A stretch of 64,000 nucleotides of DNA. Source: Antedon mediterranea. Its lineage: Eukaryota > Animalia > Echinodermata. The notes beneath the pieces were generated by a model that saw only the letters and a list, made by a program, of their open reading frames with translations, had not been told where the DNA came from and searched no databases. The position numbers and the translations under genes were made by a program. Shown in pieces: positions 1 to 14,011 of this stretch. Positions within the stretch are counted from its first letter, which is position 1; each line of letters starts with the position of its first letter. The DNA lies in the NCBI RefSeq assembly GCF_964355755.1, contig NC_092671.1, positions 12,090,001 through 12,154,000 of the forward strand, given 5' to 3'.

Positions 1-870
1 TTTATAAGTCACTTGTCCTACCTTGTTTGTATTATTGTTCCCCAGTCTGGTGAGTGTATCTTAAGAAACACATTCATCAGTTTTGGTACAGCGGAGAGCT
101 ACTTGCATGATACTTAGGAAAAGATACTTGGAACAATCGTATTTCAACAGAAGAATGGAGTAAGGTCTATTGTCTGTCGAAAATAGACGTGCTTTCATTA
201 ATATGTCCTTTATTGCCAAATTACTTATTTCTCATAGATCTGATTTTATGAGCAATTTTATTGAATCTTTTGTTATTAACAAGATGCATCAAGATGTCAC
301 TTACGTTTCATCATGGTATCGCTAGGAATGATGCGTACAAATATTCCGGAGTTATTTGTTTTCCAAAGGCCTTTTCTGTACTCTATGTGGGGATTCGTAA
401 TTATGTCATTGAAGAGCCTTTCCATAAGTTTAAAGCCAGTTTAAAACAATTTTATACTGATGTTTAATTTTGTAAATATAATGATGAATGTACAATAATC
501 TATTTTTATAATACAAGTATCTATTTTTATAAATCAATCTTTAATGTACAATAATCCTTCTTTTTTTTTTATTATATAAGCATCTATTTTTGCAATTGAT
601 TATGACCTGTGGCTTATCATAGTCATTTCAACCACTTTCAATCCATATTTTACAAGTAAAATATCAATCGAACGAACTTGTGTTTTACACTGTAAAAATC
701 TGTACAGTAAAGTTTTTCGACCGTAAAAAAATTACATCCAGCAACAATTTTACTAATTATCTATCTGCAGGCTTGTTTGGTACTGACTGTAATGGCCAAA
801 ATTGATCATTATTATAATAATTAATTATGAACTAACTGTCAATTCTCGGTTCTTTAGCCTCAGGTTTTAG

Positions 871-927
871 CTCAGGTTCTTGTGCTGTGGTTAACAAAAA
901 GATAGAATCAACATCAATGAATCTTAA
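871..927 (+). pseudogene. Possible frameshifted last exon of another xGD-family paralogue
   Basis: After tttag the sequence reads QVLVLWLTK, then with a frameshift DRININES*, resembling MFLTKGDRFG* of paralogue 3. AATAAA lies near 1194. 1400-1585 resembles 4690-5030, which follows paralogue 1. Confidence 0.25.
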
Positions 928-2254
928 ACTAGAATATTCAATTATCAACGTATCGTAATTGTGGGACTACTTTGACGACTTACCAATCGGATTACGAATA
1001 CATTCAACACTTTTACCATAGGGACAACATGTTTTGTTTTCTTTACATGAATTTGAATCATCACATTTACCGGCTACGGATAAAAAAGGATATATGAATC
1101 AGCATTAATAATGCATAATATTGAAATATCAAAACTGTTTGTCTTTATATTCCTGTTATTGTAGGCCTACACTAATCGTGGGTTACAATTGTAAATAAAA
1201 TGCATCATAAAACATCGCATTATTCGAGATATACCACTATATTAACGTTTCAATACTGTATGTTATTTCATGGATGGTCACTCCAACATGGTTTTGAAAG
1301 AAAAGTTAGAGTAAATGTGAAATACAATTTCATCAATCCAAATGGAATTGACAAAATATGGGTATTTAGTATAATGAATGGCTACAAAGCCACTAATTGT
1401 GATACGTCGTCGACTGTGTATAACATCCTGAGAATGACATGAAATTAGTTGACAGATTTAATTTACACCAATATTCATTGGACTAGAAGTAGGTATCGGT
1501 AACTCTCACTAACTTGCGCTCGACGGTTACATACAAAAACATGAATATAAGAATAATTGACAATCGAATCATCTTGCAGAAATAAATCTAGCACTAATAA
1601 TAAGTAGTCACTAAGTGAAGAAAAACAAAATGTAAAAGTTCAAAATAATGTACACAAAAATTAGTACAAAAATTGTGTTCTTTTGAAAACATTATATTTA
1701 TAATATATATTATATAATATAATATATAATATTTATAATAATAAATATAATGAAGATCTCAACCGATTCTCTGTACTGTGTCTAGATTTGTCCATTATAG
1801 GAATATTTGCGTTTTACATGTTTCTCTTTGCTATCATAACCTTACATGAAACAGGCACCACATGTAATACAAATGAGATAGGCCTACTGTATTACCTAAC
1901 AAATTAAAACATATAACAAAAGACATTGATTGGATACCGGCGGCGGGCAAATAAAAAAAAAACAATTCTTACTAGTTAAACAAGTTGATTGTCAATTATT
2001 TTTAATTTATGCAGATATAGGCCTAAGTTGCCGTTTTGTTTGTTGAAATTTGAATTGTTTTTTTTGTTTTCAATCATCATTTATCTTAAGTCGGTTTGTC
2101 CCACTTCTTTATTTCTTCCAAATAATGAACATGGTACAAGACAATAAATACATAGCAGACAATGTACCGTTAAACCATGGAGCTATAGATTCATGGTTAA
2201 ACAACCCAATGTCTGGACATCTAAGATTAATCTTTTATAATAATATTGTAGTCA

Positions 2255-2870
2255 TGGTATTCATATTTTCAACCCAAAAGTGTGTTTCTAACCTATGTTG
2301 TAAATTACTTCCGAAACCCATTTTAGAAGATATTCGTTTTTCTTTGGTATGTCACTCATGGTATGACATTTATAATTACCGTATTTATTCGGATTGACGT
2401 TTGCAGAACGAGCAGTAATAAATGTATGCTGCAGCAGACACTGGTTGTGGGCTACCATGGTCTATTAATAGGCCTATAATCATTTTATGTATAAATCTAA
2501 ATAATTATTGCATGTGTTGAAATTTTATTGATACCGTAAGCAAAAATTACGATACAAACAAAAATTGATTTAATGAGATAATAATCATATAGGCCTAAGC
2601 ATTAACAAAACTGAACATTGTTTTTCAAATTCATTTATAGATAATTTAAAAAAACAGTTTACCATATGCCTATTTTGTCAATAAAACAGATGGTCATATT
2701 AACATATAACACAGTATTCAATATTTATAATTATAGGCTTTACATGATAATTGTTATGCACCTTTGACAAACATGTTTATTTTTAATGACTGTTTTTGAG
2801 CGCCGTAACAAATAAAAATATGATTATGAAATAAAGTTTGAACTGAATAACTCTGAATAATTAATTGTTT
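2255..2870. repeat. Segmental duplication of upstream region (second copy about 8453-9203)
   Basis: Shared blocks such as catattttcaa-cccaaaagtgt, ttttattgataccgt and tttttgagcgccgtaaca lie upstream of paralogues 1 and 3. Confidence 0.8.
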
Positions 2871-3380
2871 TAATTGGAGTGTTGCATGACAACACTGCAA
2901 CGACGCATCACTCGTATAGTGACACATTCATTAACAAACACCTGTCATACATCTTACCTTTTATCAGGTATGTAAAACTTTATATTTACTCTTTCATATT
3001 CAAATCATTTTTGTTAATGAAGACAACATCATAGGCCATATCTGCTACCATAGCCTCAATATATATGTGACAATTTATTATAGAATATGCTTACGATACT
3101 AGACAAATTAAGGCATTAGGCCAATATGGAGATACAGTCCAGAGAATCGAGTAACGCGATGGTGACGGAGAAACTGTATTGTGATATGATGATGACGACG
3201 ACAGTCAAAGGCGACCATGATTTGGTGGTGGTGATAACAATAAATTCTAAAAAAATAATTCCCTAATTTCTTTATTTTATTGTTTTTTCGCACACGTCAT
3301 TTGATGAGATGTTGCATAAAACGTTGCTTATTATTCGTTACCGTATTTTGTATCTCTAACAGGTTTCTAACATTTAAAAG

Positions 3381-4414
3381 ATGGTTCGAATTTTGATTGC
3401 TTTGTACGTGTTTCTGTTTTTAAACAACGTAATGTTAGAGGCTGCTGGTGGTTAGTAATTATGATTATTATTATTTTTTTACATTTTGTAGGCCTAAGCC
3501 AAATTTTTTATTTTTTTTTAGAGGGTAACCCTCTCAGAAATTACATTTATAACATATAAAATTACACATCCTCATATGTAAGTGTGTGTATTCCAAAACA
3601 ACGTTCAATAAATTTGGCAAGCTATGCCGTTTCATTTTTTTTGTAGTTTTAATTGTTTAATTTTCTTTATATAGATTCAAAACCATGCGACCCAAATCCA
3701 TGTGAATTCACTTGTAATGAGCTTAAAAGTGGAGACCAGGGTTACACATGCACCAAACCTACAAAACTTAAATCTAAGTCACGTACGATTTGTTTGAATT
3801 GATTAAACTTTAATTAGGCCTACATCACATCTTGAGAACGAGTCGCACTGTAAATAATTTTAAATTAAATAAATAATCACGACGCATTTGGTCATCGTCG
3901 CTTGTGATTGGTCAACTCACTTGAGTTGCGTCTATATATGTCACTGCGTTGCGTCCAAGAGAGCTTTTGTGAAATTAACAACCAAATTCAATTCATGGTT
4001 GGAAAGGGCAGTTATATTAACATTTCAATTATAACCACAAGTATTCTCCAGATGCATACAGTAACCAGTATCATGATTACTACCATACTTTTTACTTGGC
4101 AAAATATAGTATAGTACTTTCTTTGTATGTTAGCACGGTACCGCCTACAATTTTCAAATTATTATTCTGAAAATGTCGGTGTAATGTATACTTACAGAAC
4201 ATGCCTATTGAAATTCAAGAAAATTGGTTTGTTATAAAATTTATATTCTTTTAACATGGTCCGAAATATCAACATGCGTCCTCTGTTTCAATATTATATT
4301 TATATTTTTTTAAGTACTTCACTCAGTTTCTGAGTGCTTTCATTTATTATTTCAATGATTCTTTTAGATCTTAATGCGATGTTCATCAGTAGGGGTGATG
4401 CTAAACACGATTAG
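3381..4414 (+). CDS. xGD-family paralogue 1: secreted 4-Cys EGF-like peptide with RGD tail (74 aa)
   Basis: Exons 3381-3450, 3675-3782, 4368-4414; GT-AG, phase-1 introns. Protein MVRILIALYVFLFLNNVMLEAAG-DSKPCDPNPCEFTCNELKSGDQGYTCTKPTKLKSKS-HLNAMFISRGDAKHD*. Upstream non-coding exon donor atcag/gtatgt near 2967; AATAAA near 4545. Confidence 0.85.
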
Positions 4415-5313
4415 AAGTAATTCTGATCCAGCTGTACTATGCAAGCCATAGTACAAATACAGAAACGAAGCACAATAGGAGAATGGTCGATAACGCCTTT
4501 GCAAATGTATTCTTATTGATATTATATTAAAGTATATGAAAGAAAATAAATGCAACAAAACTATTCTTAGGCCTATTGTCAATGTGTATTTTTTAATTTT
4601 GCCGAGGAGTCCGTGCTAAAAAAACAACAGTAACTAATTATAATTAAAGTAAATCAAAAGGCATTTCATTTACATAATTTTACATTGTTTGCCACAACTT
4701 TGTCAGTAATGGTGACTGTTGATAGAAATCAATTATCACACTCATTTTGGACTAGAACTCATGGTCCTACAAAAAATGCATAGCATTGTCAGACTATATC
4801 GTAAATGAATATCTTAGATTACCTTACCTTGATCAAAGTATAACCTAAGATAACGTGTTATGTTTGACAACTCTGTGCAATACCTGTGAACTTAACATTT
4901 AAAAGTATAGGCCTATGTTAGGGATATACGAATTCTCACTACGGTAACTTTTGCTAGAAAACTCGACGTCGATAGTTACATACAACAACATGAATAAAAT
5001 AATTGGCAATCAAAGGATTGTGCAGAAAGTCTATGAGAAGTGTTTGAAGAAATGATTTTTAGTTATGAATATTGACGGCAATAAAGAACACAAGTAAAAT
5101 TAACTGTCTTCTTTATTTATCGTTGAACATGTGAAATAAGTTACGGTATCTAGGCCTAAAATAATAGTAAATTGTTAAACAGATCTGAAATAAAAATGTA
5201 CTTACTTTGTATCGTTATTCAATTCAATTTCAAAATGGCCGATATATAAATTGTGTTTTATCAGGGAAACTGAGTAAATTGTATTATCTCATTATTCATC
5301 TTGTAATACAAAC

Positions 5314-5314
<1 letters not shown>

Positions 5315-5394
<80 letters not shown>
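5315..5394. repeat. (TA)n microsatellite
   Basis: About 40 TA units visible directly. Confidence 0.99.
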
Positions 5395-5396
<2 letters not shown>

Positions 5397-5910
5397 TTGT
5401 TTATTAATTCCCTATTGAAAGAAAATTAATTCATGGCACAAAACAGTTGAAGAAACTGTCAATTGTTAATGTTTTAAAACAGTCTCGACATTTTATCGAC
5501 TCTTTTGGTAGTTTCTACGTACAATTGAAATAAGTGATGATTTTGATTGACAATATTGTCAATTTATGTCTATTTTTATTAGACCTATAGTGGTTTCTTT
5601 TTACAGTTGATAAGTAGCAACTTATTTAGTCAGTGACGACGAAAAGTCAACCAGTCAAATGTTCCTTTCCAAGTCTCAAGTTATTGTCTTTATGTCATTA
5701 AGTACGTTTTAATTTTTTGTCTGAATCATCTGATCTAAACTATCGGAAACGAACAAGGAATAACAAAAGTAAAACTGTTACAGTGCTAATATTTTATTCC
5801 TGTTATCGTAAGTATTTTATAATTTTCATTTATACTCTTAGGCCTATGTTAATTACGATTTTAATGTCGAAAAGTGAGAACAGTTAGATGGTCATGGCGC
5901 AAAGATTTAG

Positions 5911-7262
5911 TTAACCATTTCTAGCAGCATCAGCCCAATTGGAATAGAGTGAACCTGAAGAAAGATAAAAATGAGTACTTTGAAAGAAGCTCTGGGTTTG
6001 TTTATTGTGCAATAGAAAATTGTAATAAAATTCTCCCGAATATGGTGAAGCAGAATGCAGAGTGTCGTGAAATCAGGTTTTTTTTAAAGTCGTGGGATAC
6101 AGGAAATTCACCAACATTTTTGTCAATTTGGGGAATTGTTCGTAAGAAATCTAAAGAACAATCGTTTTATTTACGAAGTATTTTTATTATAAATATTTAT
6201 ACGGTTAACGATTGTTGAGATCAATAAAATCGCATCAAAAATTCCTTACCTATGTCTTGGCACTGCCGGGTTCCATCCTCCATAGTGTAACACTCTTGGA
6301 CCTCTGAACACTCTGGGATACACCGTGGTGGGTGAAGTTCAACTTTTTTTTTAAATGCATGAGACATATTTGATAATTGAAATAAAAAATAATTCACTAA
6401 ACTAAAACAAAACGGTTTAACATGCGTGACGCATAAATTAAATCTACGGTCGGCTGGATCGAAAATCGATAAAATAGGGTCTGATGACAATAGTAAATAC
6501 GAAAAAAAAAACTCCCGGTAAGAAGTCCTAGGTCGTCGAAAAATCCCAGTGGCAAGAGATGTTTTTAAAGCTTGGTTGTTATAATGATTAAGATAAATAT
6601 AATCAGAAAAGGCAATGATGTAATTATTTGACTGTATAATAAAACTGAAGATGGTTTGTTATTTTAGTAATTTTTGTATCTTGTAAATATCCGGTAGACT
6701 ATCTGTTAATGATTTCAGTGTATTGTTATGTAGGCCTACATTTATCTTTTTTAATTTCATTTTCTGAGACGGGAAGTAACCGGCAAAGGAGAATCAAAGT
6801 TTTATTTTAAACCGTGGTCATTCCTTGCCATCTCAGATGTATTTTTGTATTTTTATGGCAAATGAAATGAAATTAAATAAATTAATAAAAAATCAGTAAT
6901 TTAAAAAAAAACTGCACATTTAGCAAACTTACCTGGGGCACAACAACTTGGCGGATCACACGATGTACACTCTTAAAATCAATCAAACAGAAACGGTCGA
7001 ATACACATTTAGTATATGCCTTCTGGACCTATAATAGGCCTATCTAAGTGTTTAAGTGATTATGGTTGGTTAAAAACAAGGACTGCTTTTAAAATAAAAC
7101 CTGATTCAAAGATGCGTAAGGGTTACAGTATTTATACATTGTCAGCATTAATAGTATTACTGTTATTGTCAGGCCTGTACATAGCTCAAAACTACTAAAT
7201 ACATTTAAACCACCACGCATTGGATTTAAAACACACACGAGACTCAAGAGTACGGTATGTAT
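5911..7262 (-). CDS. xGD-family paralogue 2: divergent, antisense, extra Cys-rich mini-exon, WAD tail; 5' end unresolved
   Basis: Minus-strand phase-1 exons 6971-6933 (ECTSCDPPSCCAP), 6342-6250 (VELHPPRCIPECSEVQECYTMEDGTRQCQDI) and 5954-5911 (GSLYSNWADAARNG*), with gtaag donors. Candidate hydrophobic exon 7262-7211 (IHTVLLSLVCVLNPMRG/gtttaa). Possible ATG exon 7727-7641. Confidence 0.65.
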
Positions 7263-10157
7263 CTTATAGTGGTTTTTAAAGCTTATATATAACAAACTTA
7301 AAACATGCCTAATCACTGTATTTTTTTAATATATTTTATTAATTAAATTGTTATTTTATGGACCAATAATATCACTCCTTTTTTTTCTTCTTTTCTCTAT
7401 TCAATTATCTTCTATTCTACTAACCTGCACTAGACATGTCGATGGTGATATTCAACACCATTAGCATTACAATCATGTATCCAAACATTTTGTTTCCAGA
7501 AATCAATTATAGGCCTACGAAGAAGTGAAAAATATTCATTAAGAATGTTAAACATCATTTATAAATCATATAAATAAAACAATTTATTTCTATACAATGT
7601 ATATGTATGGTCCTATATTTTTTAATAAACAAACAATTACTGAAAATGACAATGCAGTGGGTATCATTGGCTGGATCTTAATGGAGATACAAAATAAAAT
7701 AAGCAAAAACCTAAAACCACACTTCATATTAAAACACATAGAATGACCAAGTCTGTGGATTAATTGTTACTTTCTATGATTATTTTTCTATGACATAAAA
7801 AGAAATGAAAATATGAATTCCTCTTTCATCAGATCTAATTATGCTAAATATGTTATATAGGCCTAAACAATTATTACGAAATGTATTTGATTACTTTATT
7901 TTAATAAAGACAAACGAATTTACCAATAACTTCCACCTACATGGTGTTTTAAGGTCTTTCACACCTGCGTCAACCGACACTGTGCGCGTAGCTGCGTGAA
8001 AACGAAACATTGACACGTTCGATTTGATTTGACGGCGCCGGGGACCGGAACCGTGTCGGAACAGTTGTGAAAGACCCGTTAAATAAGCTAAAATATTTAA
8101 TTTCACTTGCCAATTGTCAGAAATCCAGGTAAATAATCTTGTATGCTGTTGACTACGGTAACGTACAATCTTGCAGTAAAAAGAATATCGTTTCAAATGC
8201 GTGATCCAACCTAAAAGCCCTGTGTAATATGGGCTGTCTCCTCGTTTAATGTAAATGTGGAGTGAACATATGGGAGGGGCGTGTGAATGTGCATATAGGC
8301 CTATTGCTATTTTACATTTTTCGAGAAAGAGTCCAATTTCTTGAATATTTCTACATAATGTGTTGAGAGTTTTATTTTACATATATTTTTTAAAAATAAT
8401 CTTTCTTTCTTAATCCTTTTTTTATACGAACTTGTTTAATATTATTATATAATTATGGTATTCATATTTTCAATCCCAAAAGTGTTTCTAACCTATGTTT
8501 TAAATTACTTCCGAAACATTGATTTGTTTGTAAAAATATAATAGGCCTATTTAGGACTAATCATTTTTTGTATAAATCTTAATAATGTTAATAATGTTAG
8601 TCTTCTATAGCGCATAATACGATGTTTCTAAGCGCTTGCACGCAAAGATGATCCATAAAATATCCCAAGATAAAAAAAAACAAATTAAAAAAATGAAGAA
8701 ATGCAGAGGCATTTCTCCAGCACTTTGAAGCTCCCATATGATAGCTCTCTGGAACAGTATTCACAGAAGCTTGATTGAAAAAGACATTGTCTATCCTATC
8801 CTAAGTACCAAAATAAGAAGAAACAATATTTGTTTAAATATCGATTCATGTTACCTCTTTAAATATGTGTTGACATTTTATTGATACCGTTATAAGCAAA
8901 AAGTACATACAAACAAATATGGATTCATAATGAGATAATCATAGGCCTAATCATATTAAATTGTATCATATCAAATTCATATATATATAATTAAAAAACA
9001 ACATAATTTATGCCAAATTCGTAAATAAAACGGACAGGAGTATTCACATGTAACACAATATTTAATATTTATAATTACATGATAATTATTATACCTTTTG
9101 ACAAACATGTTTATTTTTTATGTAAACGCTTATTTTTAATGACTATTTTTGAGCGCCGTAACAAAGTATACGTTTAAACTGAATAACTCTGAATAATTAA
9201 TTGTGCTGAGGAGTCCGCTCAATAAAAACAACAGTAACTAATGCAAATCATAACTAAAAGTAAATTAAAATGCATGCCATTTACATAAATTATGTAAGTA
9301 AAATGTATAAAAAGTCAGAAAGTTGAATTTTTATTGATAAAGTTTATAACTCATTTTACGATGGAATTCATTTGGTTCACCAAAACTATATAATAATTGT
9401 ACGAACATTTTCACAAACATGCTTATTTTTTAACATGTTCTATTAATAAGCACACACAACAGCATTATAATAATAAAAAATACTGATGTAAGCGATAGCA
9501 ACAATTGCAGCACACAGGGAATGCGGTTCTTTTGAGATTTGCAATACAAACGTGAGTCTGTAATTTCATCATGTAGGTAGTTTTATATACATTTAAAATT
9601 ATTAAATCATTATTGAAAACACAATCACAGGTTAAAATCATAATTTGATCCAATTAATTATGTATACTCACGAGAAACAATTGAATTTAAATATTGAGAG
9701 AGAAAAGTCGAAATGACATTGACATTAAAAGTTACGGTAAACATATATTATTAATCACAAAGGACAATGATGAAAGATAAACGTGATGATGAAGACGACA
9801 AAATAGAATGGAATGGTGACATTGAAAGACAGTGTTACCGGTTTTTTTTTTCATATTAGAATATATTAATATATTGTTATTTGTATTTTTTTGTATTAGC
9901 TCTCTTTTTAAAATCGCTAAACTAAAACGACCTTTCTCTTTTTTAGTCATCATGAAAAAATAAAATAAAATTGATAGTCGTTGAAGTAGTTTTTAGCGAT
10001 GGAATTTGGTCCATTTCCTCATCATATTTATCGTTTCAAATTAACTAATTAAATTTCAGTATATCACCGGGTGGTTTAGAATTTATATTCTGTGCATCAC
10101 GTACGTAATCAATGGTGAATTTATCGTTATTTTGTATCAACAGTTTTTTTTTACACA

Positions 10158-10884
10158 ATGGCTCGAATTTGGATATTCATAGTAGTTTTGTGTGCAACCA
10201 ACGTAAGGTTTGCAGTTTCTACGCGCCACGGTTTGTAAAATATTATCCACTTCTCAATTCACAATTAAATTTTCCACCACACCGAGTATTTTAATTTTGT
10301 CAGTATTTCGAATGCCTTTACATTTTTAGAATAACATTTTTTTGGTACGTCATCCATGGAAGATTTAGGATGAGAACGAGGCGGAGGTTAATTATTTACA
10401 AAACTATCTATACAATCACTAATGTATTTAATTTCTAAATAGTAAATGTTTATGTTTTAGTAAGTAAGTATATTATATTTTATCCAATGGCGCTTTACCT
10501 CCCATTGCGTCATCACATTATCGTTATTATTTTTGTAGACCTAATTTATGTTTTATTACGAATCTATGTAGATCAAATCCATGTGAATCAACTGCAACTT
10601 GTGAGCTAACAACTAGTGGTTACGTATGCCTGCAGAGTGAGCGTACGGTTTGATTTTCGTTTTTATAAAATTGTAATCGACAGTTAATTTTTTGTTTGGT
10701 AATGGTTAATATTTCTCTCATTGCCTCTCTCATTGCCACTTACCTAAAAACATTATCATGATTAATTATTCTAACAGAAAGTGGGACTGCTGAAAAGGTA
10801 TATTATTACAATCGTAGTCGAATACAAAATACATTATCTTTTACAGGTGGCATGTTCCTTACTAAAGGCGATCGTTTTGGATAA
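10158..10884 (+). CDS. xGD-family paralogue 3: KGD tail; middle-exon acceptor uncertain, possible pseudogene
   Basis: Exon 10158-10230 encodes MARIWIFIVVLCATNVRFAVSTRH. The Cys exon ending at 10642 encodes NLCRSNPCESTATCELTTSGYVCLQSE. Last exon 10847-10884 encodes RGMFLTKGDRFG*. The nearest AGs before the Cys exon are out of phase; an in-frame AG exists at 10467-10468. Confidence 0.65.
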
Positions 10885-11144
10885 CTTCTACTATTACCAG
10901 TACTGTTCCATTATGAATAGGAAAGATGACAATAATCATCGAATGTGGACGATAATGCTTGTTTGAAATATGTGCTATATTTTTATTTAATGTTATTGAA
11001 TTATATATTTTTGTTATCATTAATTAACCAAAGTTCATCATTCATATTTCCTGATTGTAAATGTTCATGTTTCCATAGGTGTTTGATCCACACACAAAAA
11101 AAAAAGAAAAATGAAAATGGCTTAATAATGTACATAAATCCAGG

Positions 11145-11145
<1 letters not shown>

Positions 11146-11186
<41 letters not shown>

Positions 11187-11230
11187 GTGTTATTATTATT
11201 ATTATTATTAGTGTTATTATTATTATTATT
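11146..11230. repeat. (TTA)n microsatellite
   Basis: Interrupted TTA array seen directly. Confidence 0.95.
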
Positions 11231-11361
11231 TTGTTTTTTTAAATCAACGAAATTGGCATTTGTTATCAAACCGTGACAATATAATACAATTCGATGCATC
11301 ATAACATTATTTAATCAATTTATTTATTTAGATATATTCAGTGCAATAATCTGAGATTATA

Positions 11362-12145
11362 TAGACCGGCAGCCCGGAGACATTTGGTTAGATGAGCTAG
11401 GTACCAACATCTGACTATTTAAGTGTGTGGGGGGTCACTTGAAATCAATGAAAATGGGAGTCTGCCGGGTACACCCTGCTGCATCTAGACCCGGAGGGAC
11501 CCCGAAAGGTGCTAAAAAATCGGCCCCGGTTAGATGAGAGAGATACCACCTAATTTTACCACCATGGACGCCCTAGGGCCAAGGCAGTGTACAGATAGTC
11601 TGTAATAGGTAATTTGGTATTGCTTACAATGTGCTAAATCCTATAACATTGGTTGCTGGTGGTATCTACAATATCTAAGCTGGGCTAGTTGGGGGAAGGG
11701 GGGTTTCTAGTCTAACTTTAGGGTGTCTGGCACTTGTGGTGCAACAAACAATTAGTCTATTGTTATCCATTTAGTATTGTATAAACACAACTTGTTTATT
11801 TGGCATTAATTTTGAGTGATACCTCACTCAGCTATGCTATACCCATTTTAGGTCCTCCCTCGGGGGGTCTGACGGGTCTATTGCAAAAGACAAAAAATCT
11901 GTCGTTTGTGATACTGGTATAAGGATGCCAATGGGAATTCCTGGTGGTAAAATTAGGTGGTATCTCTCTCATCTAACCGGAGCCGATTTTTTTTAGCACC
12001 TTTTGGGGTCTTCCCGGTTTAGACGCAGCAGGGGGTACCCGGCAGACTCCCATTTTCATTGATTCCAAGTGACCCCCAACACACTTAAATAGTCAGATAT
12101 TGGTACCTAGCTCATCTAACCAAATGTCTCTGGGCTGCCGGTCTA
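11362..12145. mobile_element. Non-autonomous DNA transposon (MITE) with about 200-bp TIRs
   Basis: Begins tagaccggcagcccggagacatttggttagatgagctaggtacc and ends ggtacctagctcatctaaccaaatgtctctgggctgccggtcta. Flanked by TA on both sides. No ORF. Confidence 0.9.
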
Positions 12146-12254
12146 TAACACAACAGCAACATTTTTCAATACTGGCAAACAGATTGCATTATGAACTACA
12201 TTATTAAGTGGAATAAATTGAACGAAAATAAAATGTTACTGTTATTTGACAAAT

Positions 12255-12532
12255 ATAAACTTGACACGAACATAAAATGAATATGTTAATCAAGCTATTA
12301 TTGTACACTAATAATCATTTAATTGGGTCAATAAAAATAAATAAATATAATGTACATATTGAATGTTTTATTAATATTACCGAATTAAAATATTAGAATA
12401 TTTATAAGTATAAAATCTGTATTGTTTTGATATAATTATTATTAAATGACAATATTTGCATTGAGCATTTTAACGACAACAGAACGGTCGGATATTGAAA
12501 TAGCAAAATTTCTTTGATTTCATCAGGTATGT
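12255..12532 (+). promoter_or_regulatory. Conserved upstream block and non-coding first exon of xGD paralogues
   Basis: The block tcaataaaa(a)taaataaatat...atcag/gta recurs at about 12255-12532, 16310-16578, 17395-17666 and 50455-50663. Confidence 0.6.
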
Positions 12533-13133
12533 TAAATTTACTTCTTGTAAAAGATTACTTAATGAGGACACAATTATCTTTCACTTTATAAAGGAGATTA
12601 AATTAAAGATTTGTCTTACCTTATACTACTGTTTTTTTTGTTTGGCAAGTGATGTTTTGTTGAAACAAAATTATTCTAAAAAGTAAGCATAATCTAGAGA
12701 TTTAAGGCGTTTATCACATTCGATAAGCAGACGAAATGTTAATTTTCATGTGAAGTAAGTTGTATTAAGGTGTTAATAGAAACTTCTGATTTCGCATGGC
12801 TACGAAGTTATCAAGTAGGCCTATAAACATATATCCACGGTGACCTACGTAGTACAATGATATCCTAAAACAGGAAACTTTACAAATAAATATTCGATAA
12901 ATATTTCATAAAAATGAAATTAAAATTGAAAATTATACGACCAATAAAAGTGAAAGAAGGTAGTGGAGACTAGAACATCAGCAGGAACGATAATAAAGAT
13001 GAGGACAACATATATCATGAAGAAGATAAAGAAAATGATCACAATAATACTTAATTATTAGTTAAACAACTTTCTTGTATGATAATATTTATTTAAGTAA
13101 ATCACACAGGTGCACTTCTTTTTTTTTTAGAAA

Positions 13134-14011
13134 ATGGCTCGAGTTTCCATTGCTTTAGTAGTATTGCTGCTCGTAACATTGACCGCCGCAACGCGAAACG
13201 GTTTGTAAATCCTTTGGTACATTAGTGTTACAAGTGTATTTTTTCCAAAAATAATAGTAAAATAACACTGTATAAAGTAAGCATTGTTTTTTCATCCTCC
13301 AATATATAAATAATTCAATTTTCAACATCTTGTGATCAATCCTCAATCAAATTTTCCTGAATTTCCTACTTTTCCAGAATTTTGAATGTGATTAACACTT
13401 ACTTGTTTATTTCTGTAATGAGGGCTAGTTATATATATATTTTTTCCAATATATTTTCTTTAGTATGTTTTTTAACTGTTTTTTAAAAACTAAATCTGAC
13501 GTAAATATACCAAAATTTGTAATTTATATAGGATTTAGACCATCGAGCTTGCGCTGATGACATTGTCTAGATATAAAAACCATACAAGAGTTCAATGAGT
13601 ACATAATGATTACGTCATTGAAGGAAACATATCTATATGCAAACCCAGTTGGTAGTAACATTTTATTTTTCAATTATGATTTTGATCTGGAAGAAGGAAG
13701 TGATCCATGTCAAGCTGACCCATGTGATCCAAATTGTATCCAAACAAATGGCGATTTATGTCAGGCCGGTAGGTTTTATATTGTTTATTTTTTAAACATT
13801 CGATTTAGTTATTTCCATTGTTGGATTATTCTTTGTACATTGTGTTCTGCGTTCAAGATTTATATAGTTCTGAGTAATTGAAAATTACTTTATTCTACTA
13901 TTCTAATATCCGATACTTTGTTTTCTAGAAACTATTATTATTAACCCAGAACCTGAACAAGAACAAGCTTCTGCTATGTTCGTCAGTGCGGGAGATAGTC
14001 GAGGAGGCTAA
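13134..14011 (+). CDS. xGD-family paralogue 4: AGD tail (74 aa)
   Basis: Exons 13134-13200, 13694-13768, 13929-14011; phase-1 introns. Protein MARVSIALVVLLLVTLTAATRN-EGSDPCQADPCDPNCIQTNGDLCQA-ETIIINPEPEQEQASAMFVSAGDSRGG*. AATAAA near 14135. Confidence 0.85.

Noticed and set aside
1-805. Possible exons 1-49 (gtgagt donor) and 771-805 (GLFGTDCNGQN*)
   Set aside because: The splice sites are plausible, but the model is cut by the window edge and shows no family motif, so it cannot be supported.
7016-7198. Plus-strand ORF ending in a hydrophobic stretch (MRKGYSIYTLSALIVLLLLSG)
   Set aside because: No convincing donor or downstream plus-strand exons. It lies within the better supported minus-strand model.
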